A stretch of DNA of 64,000 nucleotides from Paraspadella gotoi (taxonomy: Eukaryota; Animalia; Chaetognatha): assembly GCA_051294375.1 (NCBI GenBank), contig CM119268.1, positions 5,833,525 to 5,897,524 on the forward strand, given 5' to 3'. Numbering within the stretch: position 1 is the first letter of the stretch; every line of letters starts with the position of its first letter. A model generated the notes under the pieces. The model was given only the letters and a program-made list of their open reading frames with translations, was not told where the DNA came from and made no database searches. Made by a program: the position numbers and the translations under genes. Shown here piece by piece: positions 31,525-44,299 of the stretch.

Positions 31525-34500
31525 TTAGCTCGTCATAATCTCACTAAAGGATGAAGAAGGGAAAGGACAGGTAAAGCCTTTACTAAAGGCAAGAGAATCG
31601 GGAGAAAGAGGCGACAGAGGGGAAGAGTCGTTGCTTTCTTGAGTCAGTCGCTTCGATGGAGTTTGCAGATGCGCAGGAATTGCAACGATTTCGATGTCTC
31701 GACTTTGTTGCTTATGCAAGGCAACGCCGTTCGAGTCACCCATTGGAGATTTTCTATGCATCGGAAGCGACTCCACCTCGAGCGTCGGCGTTTGACAATT
31801 TGCTGGAGCGTCATTGTCTTTTAACGAATTGGAATTTTGAGGCGTTGCGGCAGCGAAATCCATTCTGCGACGCTGTTTTAATCTGAATAATAGATAACAA
31901 AATAGCTTAATTAATAAATGAATAGATAATTTTTATATTGGTCGTACTAATTTCATACGAGATAAAAAATTTCCGACAAAATGTCAAAGTAACTATTAAT
32001 AATAATTATACCACAAAAAAAGTAAATTTCCAAGTATGTATGTTTAGTAAGGCGTAGTAAAATTTCTAAATTTCACTTTAATTAAAATTCTAAAAGTGAG
32101 GAATGAACAACATTATACTAATAAACATTTATGTAATAAAAAAATTTATAAGAAATTTTACAAATTATGCAGTAGGCCATATTTATACTAGTACTAATCC
32201 AATAAATATTAAAATTTCAAAACAGTTTTTTCTAAAAACTTTTTTGCAGATTTGGATTCGTCATAAAAAGTTGATAAAAAGAAATATAACTCTTTTTGAA
32301 AAATTCCTTCATTAAGTAGGTCAAAAATTAGAAAAAGCTATATTTTAAGCTGAAAATTAACTTTTTATATATTAAATGTAGTTTTTTTAATTTTTAACCC
32401 ACTTAATGAAAGAATTTTTAAAAATGATTTATATTTTCTTTTATCAACTTTTGACGAGGAATTCAAATCTGCAATAAAAATTAAGAAAAGCCTATTTTGA
32501 AATTTTTCGATTTTATAAGGATAGTACTATATATAAATATAGCCTACTGCGAAAATTAAAAACACATAAAATTAATTTTTTTTACATATTAATATTCACT
32601 GATAATATGTTGTTCATAATTGACATTTAGAATTTTCGTATGTAACTTTCACTACGCCTTAATGTTTAGCGATGCGAAACAAAACATTTACCTGAAGTTT
32701 CGCCTTTTATTAATTTCTTTTCTATCTTCACTGAAGCCGTTTTCTAGGAATGAAGTTTTTTTTTTTCATCTAATACTTGCAGCATCTTTATTAATAGCAT
32801 AATTCCAAACAAGAAGACTTCTGACATGATTACGATTCATAATACCTTTCCTTTCCTTTCAGAATTTTAAAATATCTATACCTGCTTTGAGTTCTTTCTT
32901 GAGTCGACCATCAAAACAATGTAAAAGATTTGTTTCCTAGAGATTATACAAATTTTGGGTTAATTAGTTAGGTTACAACCTCGCTCGGGTATTAAAGATT
33001 TTAAATTTTAAATTAGGGATTCAATGACGATATAAGTTTTAGTTTCATCTGATAAGTGAAAAAACAAAACAAAAACCCTTTCATGCTTCCGAACTGAAAG
33101 TTTTAACGATAGTTAAAAGAAGTTTAATACGAGAAACAATCATTGTCAATTATTATTTAATGTACCCTCGTCCAATCCTGAATCTCTTCTTTGTCTCTTT
33201 TTTGACTTGGAATATTTTCTTGCATAATTTGGCTCGAAATATGTCCACGATCGTCTTGGGATTCCAAGGGAACTTCTTGACACGGTACAGTTTGTGAGGG
33301 TGACGTGTTTCCCAGGCATTTTAGGGCATTTGACTGCGAAATCGCAGTACTTGAACCCGGTTTTGTTTCGTGACATATTCCAGGAAAAGGATTTTTGATG
33401 TCACTTCCTTGAGAACTATATTTTGAATGTCGCCGTTGCCGACGTGAGACGCTTCGATTTAGTTTACGCTGATTTCTGGTTCGTAATTAAAAAGATAAAA
33501 GTTACACCGTTAATTGTTTAATTGTTAATTTGTTATGTCAACATTTTATACTTAAAACCTAATCCTACATCGATAATGGCTTAATAAAAGTTAAAAGCCT
33601 ATGTTTTCCGGAATTTTCTGATAAGCTCTTGGTAGATGTCACTAAATTTGTAATTTATTATCAATTGCTTAATTAATGGAACTGATTTACAGATAAGCAT
33701 ACCTAATCGCTTCCCACGTTCTGTCAAACTCTTCCATTTCTTGTTTGTTTTTATCCCAAGAATTGTTTTCTATTTGTAAATAAATAATACGATTAGCCAA
33801 TTTTTGGTAAAAAAAAATACTTACATGACGACCCGTGATTTTTTTACCGAGTAAAAATGAAGTTTTTATTAACTGAATTATTTATAAGTCACTTAAATTA
33901 AGCAAAATTTTTAGTACTAATCTGTATTCCTTATTTTAATACATATAAACTTTTCCGGCTCTTGTATGAAATACCTTTGAGAGTATGATCGTTGCTGTGG
34001 TCTTTTATGCTGAGACTATTTTTATTACTACTGACTCCAGTTCCAAGACAGGCGTCGCAGGTCTGCTCGAGGTATAGTTTTGAGATGCCTGTGTGGCCTG
34101 TGCCTTGACAAGATGAGCATTCGCCCAGGTCCTATTAGCAATAAAATTAATTATTTTAATTGATTAAACTTTAAAATTTGATTATGAAATAATTTGTTTG
34201 CTTTAGAATTTAAAATCACTCACACTGTTTCGCTCGCCACCGCATAAAATGCAGATGTCCTTCCACTCAATAGCGTCCATAACCGGGATTTGTCCTTTTC
34301 CATTACATTGAAAACATGCACTCCTAAAATTTTAAAACAAAATCAAAGAGAAAAAAAAAATTACATATCTGGGTAAGGCGCATAGTGGGCTGACGACTAC
34401 TACCCCTCAGTAGCAATGGAACAGGTCAAGGGCTTGGAACCAGGCTTGAGGGCTCTCCAGGCCGTCAAGGCGGTTTACTGCTGTCCTCACGCTTGCTGCA

Positions 34501-37500
34501 GGGCAGGTATCATTGGGGATCAAATCTTGGTACCAAATGATCATGAGCTGATGGCATTACTCAATAAGCCACCGGGTTATAACCGAAGATATCATGCTTA
34601 TAGGCGGGGTGAACTTATGCAATGCAATTATGTATATGGATAGCATTGACTAAATATAAAACTTCAAAACATCTACTGCATTTATTTTGCATCAGGCACC
34701 TGCGTCTTGTGCGTGCTCCATTCTCTTCTTGACTTAAACATTTATGGCCTTCATAAGTAATAGTTGTTTCATCTTCATGATTAGAGTTTTCAATAATCTT
34801 ATTTTCTCCCTTCATTATCTTCGCCATAATACAATTGTCCTCTGATCTATTTTGCTCACATATTTCTTCTGTACTTCTTACCAAACTTTTTTTTTCTTCA
34901 ACAGCATTGGTCAACTTTTTCAAATCTTCTTGTGATACCTTATTTTCTGACTCTTTTTCAGTTTTCTGTGGCAAAATATATCGTTCCTGGTTTATTTGCT
35001 GTGGATTTTGCTGTTGACTCATCTTTTGCTGCGAATTGAGCTGTTGATTTTTAGGATCGTGTGAATTCTGTTTTTGATTTAAGACGAATGGATAATTTTG
35101 TTGCTCCTTCTGCTGCAACACATCTTTTAGACTTGCGCTTCTGTCATATTTAAGCATAAGATCTTGGACACGAGAGTAACCCTTTGTTTCTGAAAGAAAA
35201 AAAATAAATAGTTTAAAAAAAATAAATATTAGAAATATTATTACAAACTATTGCTGCAACTTATATTACAAGAAATTAAAAGTTTTAATCTAAATTAGAG
35301 TTACTTTTTACATTTTTAACTTTAGGAAGTTTTTCAGTTATGGTAATTCAATCCTGCAAAGTTTCATAATTATAACTAATATTTATATGTTAAAAACTAT
35401 GACATCATTAAAAAACCATCTTGCCATGAGCCTTTTCTGGCGATGATGAGGTGCTTGAGGAAGAAAGCAAAGGTGTGGAGTGGACTGCCACTGATGGCTC
35501 GACCAATGAAGGAGCTGGAATTGTTAATGATGCGGCCGGTAAGAAATTGACCGGAGGAATCGTCCATTCCTGCATCATTAGCAAAGAAGGCAAGGAATCC
35601 TTGTCTGACGTTGCCTCAGCAGGAATTGGTGGCAGCAAGGTAGAATCCCTGTTCCGTAATGTGGCATCATTGGTCACCCTAATGGCATCACTTCGCAGCG
35701 TTGGAACACTTTTTCCCGTATTTATAGCGGTATCTTTCTGTATCGTAGCGTCGATATTAGTTTCTAAAAAGAGAATTCAGGATAAACGGCAGCAAAGTAA
35801 ATGCTTACTCTTATGCCAAAAATTTATGTTTCATCAATTCACCAAGTTTGTAAAAATTATGGCTTAAAAAAGTCGCTATTTACACTATTATAATAATTTA
35901 GCCATTTGTTGATAAGGTTAGTAGATTCTGAAATATAAAGACTTTGCTTGCTAAAAATTCATTACCTACAGATGTCTTTTTTAAGGCGGTTTTCATCGGA
36001 AGTTGTGGACCAGTCGTAGGCTGTTTGAAGTTTAAGAGTGAATCTTTTAAAATCTTAATTTTAATTAATAATTATCATTAACACAAAAAGAATGGTACCC
36101 GAATTCCATTTGGACCGAGGTCAATTTTTTCCAAGGACTGAATACACAATTGCATTGCTTTAAGAATTTCTTCCAAAACCTCCTTTTCTTTGGTCAGATT
36201 ATCCTCATGGTTAGCTTGATGATTACTCTGAGAATATTCGGCTTCATTGTAGTCATAACTAGTCTTGTTTTTTTCCACTTTCAAAGCCTGCATTAGAAAA
36301 ATGCGAATATGTTTGATTGAAGATTTTTTTATGAAAAAATTAAGAACAGCCCCACCATCTGAATGTTTTGGCAAAAATAAATAAATTACTCATATACAAG
36401 ATTCAAATTAAATTTTATACATGATATTTGATAAGATAAAAATTTCATGCTTAAATAATAATTATGGTAAAAAAGAGGCAAATGAAATCATTTCTTTTTT
36501 ACATGTTACCTTCTGCAAAGGAAAGTTGTTATTGTTACAGTCGCGGTATTTTGTTGGTGAGCTCCTTGAGGTCTATTAATTAAAAAACAAAATGAACATG
36601 AATACTAAAACATTTGAACTACAGTGTACACTGTACATCAATATAATATAAATTAACCAGGTGGGTTTGAAAAAACTTTATACTAACTCCAAGCCAGAAA
36701 ATTATAAATCAATTAAAATTTTCTCACCGGGTTTTGACATTGACGATCCATATTAAATCCTTGTTTTGTTATATTTTTCATCTTCCTCCATTTTTTTCTT
36801 ATCCAATTGAACATCCCACTCCTCGGTCTAGTCACATCGACCTTGTTTTTGCCGGTGCAATTTCTATAAACTTGCTTACTGCCCGAATGTCCAGTCTCCT
36901 CGTAAGGCCAAACCTTGATGAGCGGGGCAATTCAAAATATAAAAATAACTTATTAAGAGTTATAACGTTTCAAGGAAAAAACTGATTAAAAACGCATGAT
37001 TTCCGTCAAAAAGCCAAATTATCTATTAAAATGAAATATAAAATCTATATCTAATTCCCTTCACATACAATTGAAACATTCTTTGAAATATTTTCCACTT
37101 CATTGATAGGGAAGCCAGGTACTCTGGGAGTGAATAAACGGGACTGTGAGAGAGTCTTGATTGAAAGCTTGCAGGGACCTGCTATGTCATTATCTTGTAA
37201 GAGTGATGGAGGCCTTAAACCACCAAAGCCTGTCCAAAGTCAGGGGCAAGATAGCTTATTTATTAAATGAATGGATAATTTTTATATTGGTTGTACCAAT
37301 TTCATTATAATATCTACAGAGGGCAACCTCAGCTTAGAATTTCACCTACTCAGAAAGGTCTGCTTAAAAAAGACACGTCTTAGGATTTCCCTCGCCTTAT
37401 AATGTCTGCCGAAGGACTCGACCCAACGAGACCCCTGCCGTTTGTCTCTCCAACCCTCGGGAGACTCTGGACCGATTGCGACTGGCGCTGATTTTCTCAA

Positions 37501-40500
37501 TTCTTCTTTCGATTTCACCGCAGCTTTCGAGTTCAAAAATGTAAAGAATGGCTCTTGAGATTTTTCATTCGGAGCACCCTCTGCCGGCGTGGATGCCGAC
37601 TCTTGGTTTTGATTTTCATTCAAGTTGGGAGCCTCTTTGGGAGCCTCCATCAAGTTGAGAGCATTGAGATTTTCCGAAGGCCTCGAATGATCCGCTCTGT
37701 TGGAAGAGCTTGAAGAGTTGCTTGTTTTTTTATAGACGTGTTTCGAGTAATGATGCCCGTGCAATTTCTTTTTTTTCACTTCCACGTTTCTTTCTGGTCG
37801 ACTTCTAAGGACCCAACAGCTGCCGTATTTATCTGATTGAATAAATTACAATGAGACTTCTTGGCTTAATTGAATGATCGTTTGGATTATTTTTGCGAAT
37901 TTAGCTACACAATTCTCGGCTAATCAATAGAAAAATAAATAAATAATGATAATAATGATAAATTTTTATTTTCAGTATTATTAATATATAATTATTTATA
38001 ATTAGTAAATAATAATAATAATTATTATTATTATTGATATTATTATTATTATTATTATTATTAATATTATTATTATTATTATTATTATTATCATTATTAT
38101 TATTAATAAATATATAATTCCGCTCACCGGTTCCACGATCTGGCAAAGGCAATTTCGGTGGGTTCCCACGAATGTATCGCTGATGACAGTGAAGAGGAAT
38201 AAATGGGGCCACAGAATCTGATTCGCCAGCTTGTTGCACAGCTTGGTTTCGTCGTTGCAGAAAGTCACTGACGTGAATTTGAAAGGTGGACTTGTTGGCC
38301 TGAAGAAAGGAGGAAATGATTAGGTAATAAACCGGAAAGGAATTGATGTATGGAAATTAGTAGAAAGTGTGAAATAACTAAAGAAAAGAGTCTTTGAATA
38401 AAAAGAGTTAAGAACTCACTTTTAACGAATTTTTATAAATCAAAATATTATTTAACTTAATAATAAAATTTTATAATAATACCATTGGCTGTAACTCATT
38501 GAAGTTCCTCGCCCCTTGGTGCCCAACGATCGCAGACTGTGGAGATGCAATCCCACTTCTTGATGGCTGACAATGTCATTCCAAAAAATAAAACACTGAT
38601 AATCATTCAGGAGATGGCAAATTATCATGATAGACCAATTAAGTTAAATATATATAGTTCAGCCCTGCTTCTCTTCAGCTGTAGCTAAATATTAAGATTT
38701 CGAGCGATGCCTAAAACTATAACTACTTGATGTCCCCTACCGCTTTCAGATTGCCACTGTCTCTTGCATCTGACCGACGACACCAGTTGCTCAAAGGCAA
38801 AACTAGAGAACCATCGTCGTCTCGCTCTAAATCTTCTCTTTCACTGGAAAATGAATCGGAGAACCAGTTTTTGCAGAAAACTTATAGCTAAACATATTTA
38901 GTTATGAACATTAAATAAAATATGAAGAGGATTCAAAAAAAACAAAAGAATATACAGAAAAATACTAAAATTATCCTAATAATTGGGTCCTTAAATGATT
39001 ATTCATTTACGAGTTATTAAATCGGGTATTAACCTTTGCCGTGAATATCGAGGCACCGTTGAATTAGTAACTGAAGTCAAAGTGTTCCGAGCAGCAGTTG
39101 TGGTTGCTAATTGATTTTCAATTTGTTCTTGATTCAAATTTTTGGGACGAGACACAGCGCGCCGAGAGGCGAAGGGAATAGATTTCGATGCGGAACTGAA
39201 CTCACTTGGGGGAAACATAAAAATTAATCATTTTGATTATTATTATACAGTTACCTCTTTTTTACAATTATTTAGAGTTTATGATGGACTAAAATCCAGC
39301 AGCCGTTGGTTAGCGGCCATTGGTGAAGGAGGTAAGTTATTCGCCACCTCAACCTAAAGGTCCGGTGTTCTAACCCGGTGGTCGCCTAACACATTTTTAC
39401 ACTTACAGCCTGATCCGAATATCAGGGACTGCTGTTATTGAACTTATATAACTAACTCATAATAATTATTTCTTTCTCTTCAAATTAGATTTTTATTTAA
39501 TATTTATATCAACTTTTCCCATATAATAAATATCGTAAATACTAAATAGAAATGAAAAAGTTCTATAGTCAATACAATGAAAATTTTTTTATCAAAATTA
39601 TGCTGAGAGCAACAGAATGTATAATTTACGAGCTTTGAGCAATGAGCATAGAAGGAAAGACTTCTCATGAAAAATGAAGATGAAAAGGGAAAAAGAAAAA
39701 CTGAAATTCCTCTCACAATCTGTCGAGTCAAATCTCACCTCGGTTTCTTTTGAATGTTTTCTCCGGATAATCTATATCTATTAATCATTTCTTGATGAGA
39801 GCCCCACTTGCTAAAGTCATAAGGCTCGGGGTAATAATCTGATTAAAATATAAATAAATTGATATTAGCTGCAGATTTTGTACAATTGTTTTAAGAATTG
39901 GTTTTCGTTTAGGTCGATTGGGTCACATTTCCTAAAAACAGGATTGAAAAATGAACAAACAAAATCTCACTCAACCGTTTTTGTTTTCCTACAATGAACA
40001 AAAAAGAAAGAAAGAAAAAAAGAGAAGGTTGCCAATTTCTTTTTTTGGTTCTAACCCTGAAAACGAGTCTCTTTTCTTCCTGGTCTCAAAACTTCAAACC
40101 CGCGGGTGGCGGCGTCAGAACCGTTTCTTTCTTGAGCCGCTTCTGCAATCTGCAGAGCAAAAGACCTTTGCAATTCTAACGTCATCCCTTCGTCTTCCCT
40201 GGAGCGATTATTGTTTCTGAAAGTATCAAAAAAAAACAAAAAAAAAACATCAGTGAAAATTGCAAAATGTTATTCAAGTCAATAGACTAAAGAGTTTTTA
40301 CTTCATTAATTTATTTAGTATTCTATTTCGGGTTATTGAAGAAAGGCTTTTTGAGTCAACCTTTATTCAGAACTCCTAACACCACTAAACAAAAAAAAAT
40401 TTAAAAAATTTAAAACCAAAAACTTAGACATTTTCCAACTGAGTTATTAACCTGTTATGGTCAACTTTCTCTTTAAGTTGATTTTTAAGATATGTGTTGT

Positions 40501-43500
40501 TGTTGTCTCCTTCGTTTTCTGTCGCTGAAATAAAATTATCTTTTCAAAATCATCTATTTCTCCTAGTATAGTAAATAAAAACCATGGCCCAGTAATAATT
40601 AGCATCTTGTAAGTTCGTTCAAATAGTAAGATTTACCCTTCTTAGTTATATGGTAAATTTTTTTTTTTCTATAAAAAATTTGCAATAATCTAAAATTTAG
40701 CGCACTTTCTATTTCAAAATTAGCATAATAACTTTTATTATAATTGTCCAAACATTACCGTGTACATTTTTGGTTTTCTTTGTTATTTCTTTTTTTTCAA
40801 GATTTTTATTTTCTTTTTCTTCTTTTGAGGAAATATCCTTCAACTTCTTTACTTCTCCATTTTTGTTCATGTTTATCTGCTTATTTGCTTTGTTCTCTGA
40901 AAGGTTTGTCTCAGCAAACTCGTTTCTTTCGTTTTCACATTGTTTAAGCAAGTCCTTTGTTTTGGATTCAACAATGCTGATTTCATTACTGTCGACTTCA
41001 TTACCGGTTTCATGATTTTTATTTGTATTCAAACTCTTTGCATTATTATGCAGATATTTTGTCTCACCAATGCATGAATGATTGTTTTCTTTGTTATTTT
41101 CAGATTTTTTTACTGCATTTTTGGATTTACTCTCAACCAGGTTTTTTGTCCGATTTTTGTAAACATTTTGGTTTTTATCTTTTATTTGTCTCATTTTTCT
41201 AGTCTTATTGCTATTATTTATCAGGCATTCTCCTTTTAGTATCTCTTTAAAGGTTATGTTTGTTTTTTCCTCGTGTTGTTGTGAAAATGTTTTTTCTTTA
41301 TTGCCGTCTTCCGTTTTCTAAAAAGATAAAGATAATTAAATATGATTTAAATTCTTGAACTTTTTACCCTTATCAATTAATTTCTAAAATTAATTTAAGC
41401 CTTTACCCATATCGTTTCTACAACCTTTTCTGCTTTACTTGAGCTTTCATTTTTTTGACAATTAGTAAGTTCAGTTGTATTTTTCTTTTGCAAGTTTTTT
41501 ATTAAAGACATTTTTTCTTCCACTTCATCTATTGATACGCTGCAATTTAATTTTTCATCTAAAGAAAATAAAATTGTTGATTATTTGATATTATTTGATA
41601 TTATGGTTGATCCTTACTTAAATCATCAGTTTCATATTTGGAAGTTATATCATTTTTATTTTGTGTTTCTTTACTACTCCCCAGTCTTTTCTCCAAATCG
41701 CTTTTAAAAAATAAATTAATTAATTAATTATGCTTGTTACATCAGATCATTTTTTTTTCAATATGATTTACAATATTGTGCCTACTTGATCAGCATTTCC
41801 ATTTTTTCTTTTCCATCTACGCTTTCAGCTTCCAATGATACATCGTTGCCAAGATCTTCTAAAAATCTCAGTTTGTCCCTTTGGACTTTTCTCTCTTTGA
41901 AACTAAAATCTTCAATTCTATTCCTTAAATTTGCGTTTCCTTCTTTAAAAATTATTCGTCCATTTCGAAAGCCGTCGCCCGACGTCTTATTTCTCGACGA
42001 GTCGTGATTTTCCTTGAGAAACTCGAACTGAACTTTGTTACCAGAACTCGTTTTCACCGAAGAATGGAATTTTCTCACATCGCTCGATTCAATTATTTCC
42101 ATCAAGTCTTCACCGAGTTTCATTTCAGGGACATCACCAGAATGATTTCCCATTGGCGTCAGAACAATCCCGCTCTTCGTTGCTGTCGATTTCGACCTTG
42201 AGATCGCGCCCTCTTGCGTCGCGGATCGTGACATCTTGGGGTTCTTCACTTTGTCTCCTTCCTTGATCAATTTCTCAATTCGATCCGTGATCAGAGAATT
42301 CGCGTGATGAGTCTCCTTGGGATGTGAATCGTGAGTCGATGATCCAGTTTCGTCACCATTTTCCAAAATTCTTGGCAAAAATATTTCGCTTCTTTTTTTA
42401 ACGATTTGGTTCCTGCGCTCGTTGGATCCGACAACCAAAGATTTTCGACGATCGGCTTTCGTCAAAAATGAAGGATCTTTTTCAGCGTCGCAAATTTTTT
42501 CATCTGCTAATTTGAAGAATATGATTAATTAGTTAAAACGATTTGTTAACCGGGTCCTGTTTTCCCTAAACGCCCCATTTCATCTTAAATTTGGAATTAA
42601 GTTAGTTTTTAGGTTTAAGGTTGAAGGTTAGAGTTTTGGATTAAGTTTGAGATTAGGTTAAGGATTATTTGTTATGGAATAGTTTAGTGATTATGGTTAA
42701 GAATTAGGATAAGGAATTATGGTTTAAAATTAATTATAGGGATTAAGGAACAAAATGGGTCGCTCTTCATCTCCGAACCTACTGGTCACGTGCTCTCGCC
42801 CTGGTCGGAACAGTCCTTGCAAAAAGAGTGACGATTAAACCACCGGAAGCAAGCCTCCCGCCGGATCCGAAGTTCCGGAAAGCAAGGCAACTGACGGAAA
42901 AATCTCCCAGACCTACTGGGCACACTAAGTGTGGGGGCTATCCACACTCACAGAGAGGCATGGCGACCCTCTCTCCTCTCGGTCACATCAGCCTCAGAAA
43001 ATAACATAATATATACCTGCGCCGTCGACTTCGCCAACTTCCTTGGCGACACCAGCAACCTTCTTTTGTACACCGCTGGGTTCCCCGCCGACTCTGCCCA
43101 ATTCTTTGTCATCACGGCTTCCTTCCTTGCCGGGATCCCAGTGTTCTCTGCTAACGCAGCCATAATCTTTGTCCACGCGACCAATTTCCGTGTCGACTCC
43201 TTTGCCAAGAGTGCTAACTTCCTTGCCGACATGGCTGCAATCCTTGCTGATCCCACCACCTTCTCTTCGGACACATCCGACTTCCATGCCGCCCCGACCG
43301 TGTTCTTTGCCAACGCTGCCAATTTCCTTGCCGACCTTGCTAAATTCTTTGCCAACTTCCCTGCCAATACGACCAACTTCTTTGTTGAAACGGCCGTATT
43401 CCTTGCCAACCCCGCCAATTTCTCTGCGAACACTGCCAACTTCCATGCCAACATGACAGTCTTCCTTGTCGGCATGGCCGACGCGGTCAGCATCCATGCC

Positions 43501-43861
43501 GACATGGCCAACATCCATGCCGACTTTGCCTTCTTCCATGTCAACGATGCCATTTGGTTCTAAGATTTTGAGTTGACGTTTGATTTGACGGATGTTGACT
43601 CCGCAGTCGGTCTTTAGTCTCCGATGGAGAGCGAGAGGCTCTGATTTCATTCTCTGGAGTGAGAGAGAGAGGGAGTGAGGTACAGATAGAATTACTCGAG
43701 AATCCTTGAATGTACTCTCATTGCATTTGAAACAAAAGACTAAGTTACATTGACAATAAAATTAATTAAGTAATTGATTAATACATTTTTTGTACCTCCA
43801 TCGATCTGTGCTTATCCTGTAGTCCGGATTTAATTCCTGACGGCTTAAATTCTTCCATCAT
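31525..43861 (-). CDS. Unidentified ~2000-aa, largely low-complexity protein, ~27 exons, with N-terminal 7-aa repeats and a DnaJ-type CxxCxGxG zinc finger near the C-terminus
   Basis: A chain of exons with canonical ends and matching phases runs from ATG 43861 (MMEEFKPSG) through approx. 43653-43017, 42503-41786, 41317-40759, 37832-37346, 35763-35425, 35189-34700, 34323-34224, 34131-33975 and 33475-33166 to 31882-31525 (TAA), plus many 50-190 bp exons. One junction needs a GC donor (35424). No family recognised; some exon ends are approximate. Confidence 0.72.
32169..32550. mobile_element. Foldback MITE with ~180-bp imperfect terminal inverted repeats, in the last intron of the orphan gene
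   Basis: Termini GCAGTAGGC...GCCTACTGC, with internal mirrored blocks TTGCAGATTTG/CAAATCTGCAA, AAAAGTTGATAAAA/TTTTATCAACTTTT and TTCATTAAGT/ACTTAATGAA. Confidence 0.8.
34372..34577 (-). ncRNA. Dispersed structured element, copy B, putative P5-type twister core (34515-34414), in an intron of the orphan gene
   Basis: The reverse complement reads GCGT-GA-GGA-CAGCAG-TAA-ACC-GC-CTTGACGGC..GCCCTCAAG-CCTGG-T-TCC-AA-GC-CCTTG and aligns along its length with copy A. Confidence 0.6.
37071..37307 (+). repeat. Dispersed ~235-bp repeat family (unclassified); other copies at 14018-14202 (+, internal deletion), 31901-31957 (3' end), 57663-57765, 58298-58495 (-), 58785-58981 (+) and 59470-59573 (-)
   Basis: Shared blocks GGAAGCCAGGTA, ATCTTGTAAGAG, CCACCAAAGCCTGTC..CAGGGGCAA and AAATGAATGGATAATTT..ATTGGT. 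Confidence 0.85.
39313..39386 (+). pseudogene. Degenerate tRNA-like sequence (tRNA pseudogene or SINE head, Val-like)
   Basis: 7-bp acceptor stem GCGGCCA/TGGTCGC spanning 73 nt, A-box TGGTGAAGGAGG and B-box-like GTTCTAACC flanked by CCGG/CCGG. The anticodon arm does not pair. Confidence 0.55.
42568..42767 (+). mobile_element. MITE-like element filled with degenerate TTAGGG repeats (reference copy)
   Basis: Left end AAACGCCCCATTTCATCTTAAA, internal TTAGGT/TTAAGG/TTAGGA units, right end TTAAGGAACAAAATGGGTCGCTCTT. The two ends are imperfectly inverted. Confidence 0.65.
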
Positions 43862-43998
43862 ATTAAACTAAGTTATTAAAATATTTTGATAAAAGTAATG
43901 AAAAAAAAATAAACATGGTATTTTAAGTTTTTAGCCTAAAATGTTAAACTAAAAATGACTCTGATTCAAGTTTAAAATTAATCCTTCGTTTATTTAGA

Positions 43999-44044
<46 letters not shown>

Positions 44045-44299
44045 ACAAAGAAAGTCAAAGAAAAAAACTTTATAAAGTCTTCTTCTCACTTGACCTGTAC
44101 GTAGAGAACTTAGTCATTTATTTTTTGAGCGATCAAAAACCTTTTCTTTACTAAGTCGGTTTTTTTTTCATATTTCAACTTCTTTCTCTCTACGTTCTAC
44201 ATCGTGCACGTTTTATTGACCGATCATCGCTTGCATATGAAAGCTTTTTTCCCTTTTCTGAAAATAAGATACGGAACCGACGCTTCCTTTAATCGTTCT

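Noticed and set aside
37270-37305. DNFYIGCT reading suggestive of a GIY-YIG (Penelope) nuclease remnant
   Set aside because: There is no in-frame GIY motif or open frame, and the motif is not preserved in other copies.
42931-43563. Overlapping 200-aa ORFs on both strands
   Set aside because: These are by-products of the stop-poor 21-bp coding repeat. Only the VGKEV frame fits the splice chain.
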